DNA of 64,000 nucleotides from a virus. Every line of letters begins with the position of its first letter. Position 1 is the first letter of the stretch. The notes beneath the pieces were generated by a model, which saw only the letters and a program-made list of their open reading frames with translations, was not told the DNA's origin and did no database searches. The position numbers and the translations under genes were made by a program. The stretch is from IMG/VR virus record IMGVR_UViG_3300020196_000021, positions 1 to 64,000 of that record. One strand, 5' to 3'. This document shows, one piece after another, positions 62,401 through 64,000 of the stretch.

Positions 62401-64000
62401 CTCCACTAGATGGATTATTACCAGTAACATTTTTTAAATATGCATATCTATCATTCTGATTGACAGAATGTATTACTGCACTAAATCCATCTGCTGTTTT
62501 TATTGTCGATCCATTTGAAAATGGAGTTGATTCATCATAGTATTCTAAGTAATCATATTCAGTAAATGTTGTTGATACTATGTCTTTTCCTTCTATAACA
62601 CTAACAAATCCAGCTGCACCAAATCCACTAGTTTCAGTATTATTGAATATTAGTTTATCTCCAATTTTATATCCAGAACCGCCGTCAACAATATTAATTG
62701 ATTGGACACTAGCTTCTGTTGATGATGGAATTGACTCTACAATAAAACTTCCAGGATCTAATGGTCTAGTTTTTTTGTATACATCTGTTGCTGGATCTAA
62801 ATAACGACTTAAATTAAAAATTTGATTTAATAAAGGAATCTCAGATAAATTGAATTCTGAATATGTTTTTCCTGAAAATTCAGATCCCACGAAGTAAGGA
62901 AATCCCAATTGCTTATTATTAAGATCAACTGTCATAAAATAAGCATATACTCCATTTGGAAATTCAGGAGTTATGCAGTACCTTCCGTTTTGCCTGTCTA
63001 AAGTAGCTTGAGAAGGAGACCAATAATAATCTTCTTCAAATGATCCAATTGCATAATTTTGAAGACCTCCATTTGCAGAAGGCAATAATCTAATTGGATT
63101 TAAATTGGTCTCAATTTTTTTCCAACCAGAAACCATTTTTTTGATAGTTGATTCTTCAAGTGGATTTTGATATCCATATGGACCATAAATTGGACTACCA
63201 TCTAGGGACCATCCAATTATAGGAGAATGCTTTGTAGAATCAGTTAAATTTACATTAACTAAACTTTTTTTTAATTTTAATTGTTTTGGTGCCCCAATAA
63301 TTGTATATTTTTTGGGGAATACTTTATCAGACGCTGGAATGATAGTACTTGAATATTGATATGATTTTCCAGATTCTACAGGAACAGGATCAAATTCATA
63401 AGAATTATTTTCCCCATATGTCAAAAGTAAAGTTTTTAAATCTGATGGAAGAGGATTATTCTCTATAATATTGATTCTAAATTTATTATCAATAATTTGA
63501 CCAGATACGTTTTCTTCAAAAATAATTTCAAATTTAATAGGATTAGTCCTATTAAATCCTCTTACAAAATGAAAACCTTCATATCTTAATACATATAAAT
63601 CTGATACTTGATTTGCAGTGTTTAATCTCATTTCTACATTATCTAATCCCCAAGTATCAAGTCCAGCACTAGTTCGTGTGTAATTTGGTTGTATTAATTT
63701 AAATCTAATAAAAGGATCTAATAAAGGACCTTCAAGCCTTACAGTAATGGGTTTCCAACTTCCACCTCCATAAGTATCAATTGAATACATTGAAAATGGA
63801 GTCCAAGTTGCACCATTATTTTTACTGTATTGAAGTTGTACAGGTTCATTTACTTCTGGAGAGTTTCCAATTGTATTAGGAGGAGCAGAATAAATTAAAT
63901 CAAATTTAAAAAATCCTCCATTAAGAGTATTAAATGGTTGCGTTGTAAATGATCTTGTGGGCAAACCATTAAAATAAAGTGCAGAAGTATTTGGACTTGG
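56480..64000 (-). CDS. Giant baseplate wedge protein (gp7-like), 5'-truncated by the window edge
   Basis: The frame stays open to 64000, so the track's 63964 start is an artefact. It has a YHYH-like module, LQDSFRYQKFAY...HPAG, DGVLQ repeats, and sits upstream of gp8. Confidence 0.75.
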   Translation of the reverse strand, partial: PSPNTSALYFNGLPTRSFTTQPFNTLNGGFFKFDLIYSAPPNTIGNSPEVNEPVQLQYSKNNGATWTPFSMYSIDTYGGGSWKPITVRLEGPLLDPFIRFKLIQPNYTRTSAGLDTWGLDNVEMRLNTANQVSDLYVLRYEGFHFVRGFNRTNPIKFEIIFEENVSGQIIDNKFRINIIENNPLPSDLKTLLLTYGENNSYEFDPVPVESGKSYQYSSTIIPASDKVFPKKYTIIGAPKQLKLKKSLVNVNLTDSTKHSPIIGWSLDGSPIYGPYGYQNPLEESTIKKMVSGWKKIETNLNPIRLLPSANGGLQNYAIGSFEEDYYWSPSQATLDRQNGRYCITPEFPNGVYAYFMTVDLNNKQLGFPYFVGSEFSGKTYSEFNLSEIPLLNQIFNLSRYLDPATDVYKKTRPLDPGSFIVESIPSSTEASVQSINIVDGGSGYKIGDKLIFNNTETSGFGAAGFVSVIEGKDIVSTTFTEYDYLEYYDESTPFSNGSTIKTADGFSAVIHSVNQNDRYAYLKNVTGNNPSSGEPIFDSTLTPEVLISNELTGTNATVAVINGLETKCTLDSDIDSATTYLSIFGFTNCTIDDFFSLTINKYIKIDDEYMLVKYKASSDKILVERGINSIQTPHADGSTVTLLSELPVFDSSKFNIGDIIKVDEEIFKVVNITVTKTIQNLFTKIKDGSGTTGANTYYLFINGILQLNSSAQVPAQGTVVLNANGDVSDLVFDQPPNQTGITVNGSIMSNPRIELLTSQTYIKANIVSNIDIIGSNFKHILTVERQSFNTVRSLHYPRSIVTKLRYINAKVKSYQENRILSRFTSNGNGLVQGDQITVNASRKLENNYNVNFTINPVNFTITKGSETYTNGSTLEMYERSKYIFNVQSVEPITVQFFSFSTELDKQKEYFDIDNTIELDGSGKITKFTIVPKSSDLTNVIMRITLQSQGIYRDVKLNIRFEPYNGEFYIENSTSNYFEFYIDRNPLFTDYNSNTINYITTSKVANGPIHKATLTSGGFDYKILPSVTGFVTANGVGATLEAFSSTVGSVKSIANASNGYGYSPNPSYSPVISFPIIAKLKNNYKVVSYRIDDPGDGYLFSNSPVIKGGGLGDGDTQHASLIVNVNNEKVISVDIIYPGVSYSSAPTIDVEKTYFTTINSNGDLSFKFDFTDYFQENDSYKVRAYYLDTNSNLKYQESTVTFFADLQTASIKSKLTLASQTYVNPLDYISVPTNAQVQYYKVLLNERKASITLIIDKSDFFANEKVIINDNPNTFGYVSTIKGWQKNNSILRITGLQYELKVNDIIRGVNSESYGKIDFVDGVNTSLKLGAYLEQPKLFLSQNSFLGENIFKLQDSFRYQKFAYEISSNVPVDKWRENYISTAHPAGYNLFAKTKINQRAKLPVTSETKVTISTDVSSIVRLNQKYNYLITKNISVDEVQVANKLLTDVKNIKTSVVAAFEDFSNEFNGIKTSFELKVIDPIQPKNDDGVTDKYITNYSIDQMLVILDNIVQTYGDSWTVTDADKTFSFESVENAGQLMPGGDVLFYRQLNEANVIYGFNEITTSASTTFPLIQQNGSAFPSAVVGSNYNASDWLVFVDGVLQSSSDSYTLSAGNLVFSESIPAGSQISARCIVGSHRNQFTNGSVTSGNAISIASKPVTVSKESYFIFVDGILIKTSDYSLNSSNNVIFNYSFNYDSLVVYIDPKLVSLETSSHNILSELYNYKIEDGQTDIPVGLVIDSNQYILDINGVVQTPFVSYLAGSSGIRKINFTEPPQKYFKGDIEVGRQFVGLLYQRQDVSGALGSTPNYQFDDISKNRIFIKNNVSNLIVGDYIVSPTNGSNAIVDNIIDKQIRKTVIQSVSSTVVAPNNTITINLNSVLGISVGDRVVFDPAIGLTSVDGNELEITSINKINSTVTLRNISTSSLTITLPLNNSIRFNHRELVVVKINTTQVNRDNAFSSGTTLLSGYVSSSETSTQTTLDESYMVLSSDTTINVVSSSGFANDDYILVNDVEVMKITNISSNVLTVLRGQLASIIPNVHSNGSNVTKITPVSLECSGFARGFDSNKTRFPLLKDGNSVYIEANKDIFVIVNGILQKRGSSYTIIENNPNNTSNDGDEYSEIQFNEPPTDSTPFNCFYVGETISIQNISSQFNSIKTNFDLRSVTGEIFSLISNNRPEANISANLILFIDGVYQIPSTTESGRLEAYSDSLSSYKLLGSIIDFNSPPKRGSDFEGYIFVGSQSDYNTIDIDVAVEPNDILLQYNEVSPRRILQKTSATKLSVTESFGVLYEASNGIELGSDRGNNWWKTDLIKSARVRESLRSRRTINSSIFQIGTPSPYPLTGKTLFTTSIPSIKINNVSSDFPTSPDDDTNKISFIIPAGTNFPKRMVDFTYVSFVPRNQLIVGSKDELQNLKIVDLPFNQILKVSGSASDLSTYYFGGNANTSEFTVVNFDIIDKIIYIKLTDTAKPVTTANWTNFLGYTLTADNLINEYQTLTVGTNLIYNF

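Noticed and set aside
77-62804. All plus-strand ORFs in the track (e.g. 9673-10092, 11332-11718, 31443-31802, 51189-51626)
   Set aside because: They lie antisense to clear minus-strand genes, have no recognisable motifs, and are the expected shadows of biased codon usage.
63962-63964. TTG start assigned to the 2494-aa ORF
   Set aside because: The frame is open to the window edge, so the real gene starts upstream.
1-64000. tRNA or rRNA genes
   Set aside because: Intergenic gaps are short and no cloverleaf or T-loop signature was recognised.

Overview
This window is about 64 kb of an AT-rich T4-like myovirus genome. Gene content, synteny and promoter motifs point to a cyanomyovirus (Kyanoviridae-like), but the host is inferred, since no photosynthesis or bilin genes lie in the window. 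Every credible gene is on the minus strand. In transcription order (right to left) they are: a truncated giant baseplate wedge protein (gp7-like), gp8, a DUF4815/VrlC-like protein, a ~25 kb fibre/lectin island with 2240-aa and 3175-aa modular proteins, gp13-gp16, a three-gene island, gp17-gp23, gp3, uvsY, uvsW, gp55, gp47, gp46, a peptidase-VWA gene and a truncated CobS-like AAA+ ATPase. Late promoters (NATAAATA/CTAAATA), sigma70-type promoters and three terminators are visible. The main finding is in the 3175-aa putative virion fibre. It has three helical repeats that align by eye to phycobiliprotein beta subunits and keep Cys at both the beta84-like and beta155-like positions. The nearby 2240-aa paralog carries a cupredoxin-like domain with a complete candidate type-1 copper ligand set. 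Together these suggest, as an untested hypothesis, cofactor-bearing (bilin/copper) virion appendages. All family assignments come from motif recognition, not database searches.
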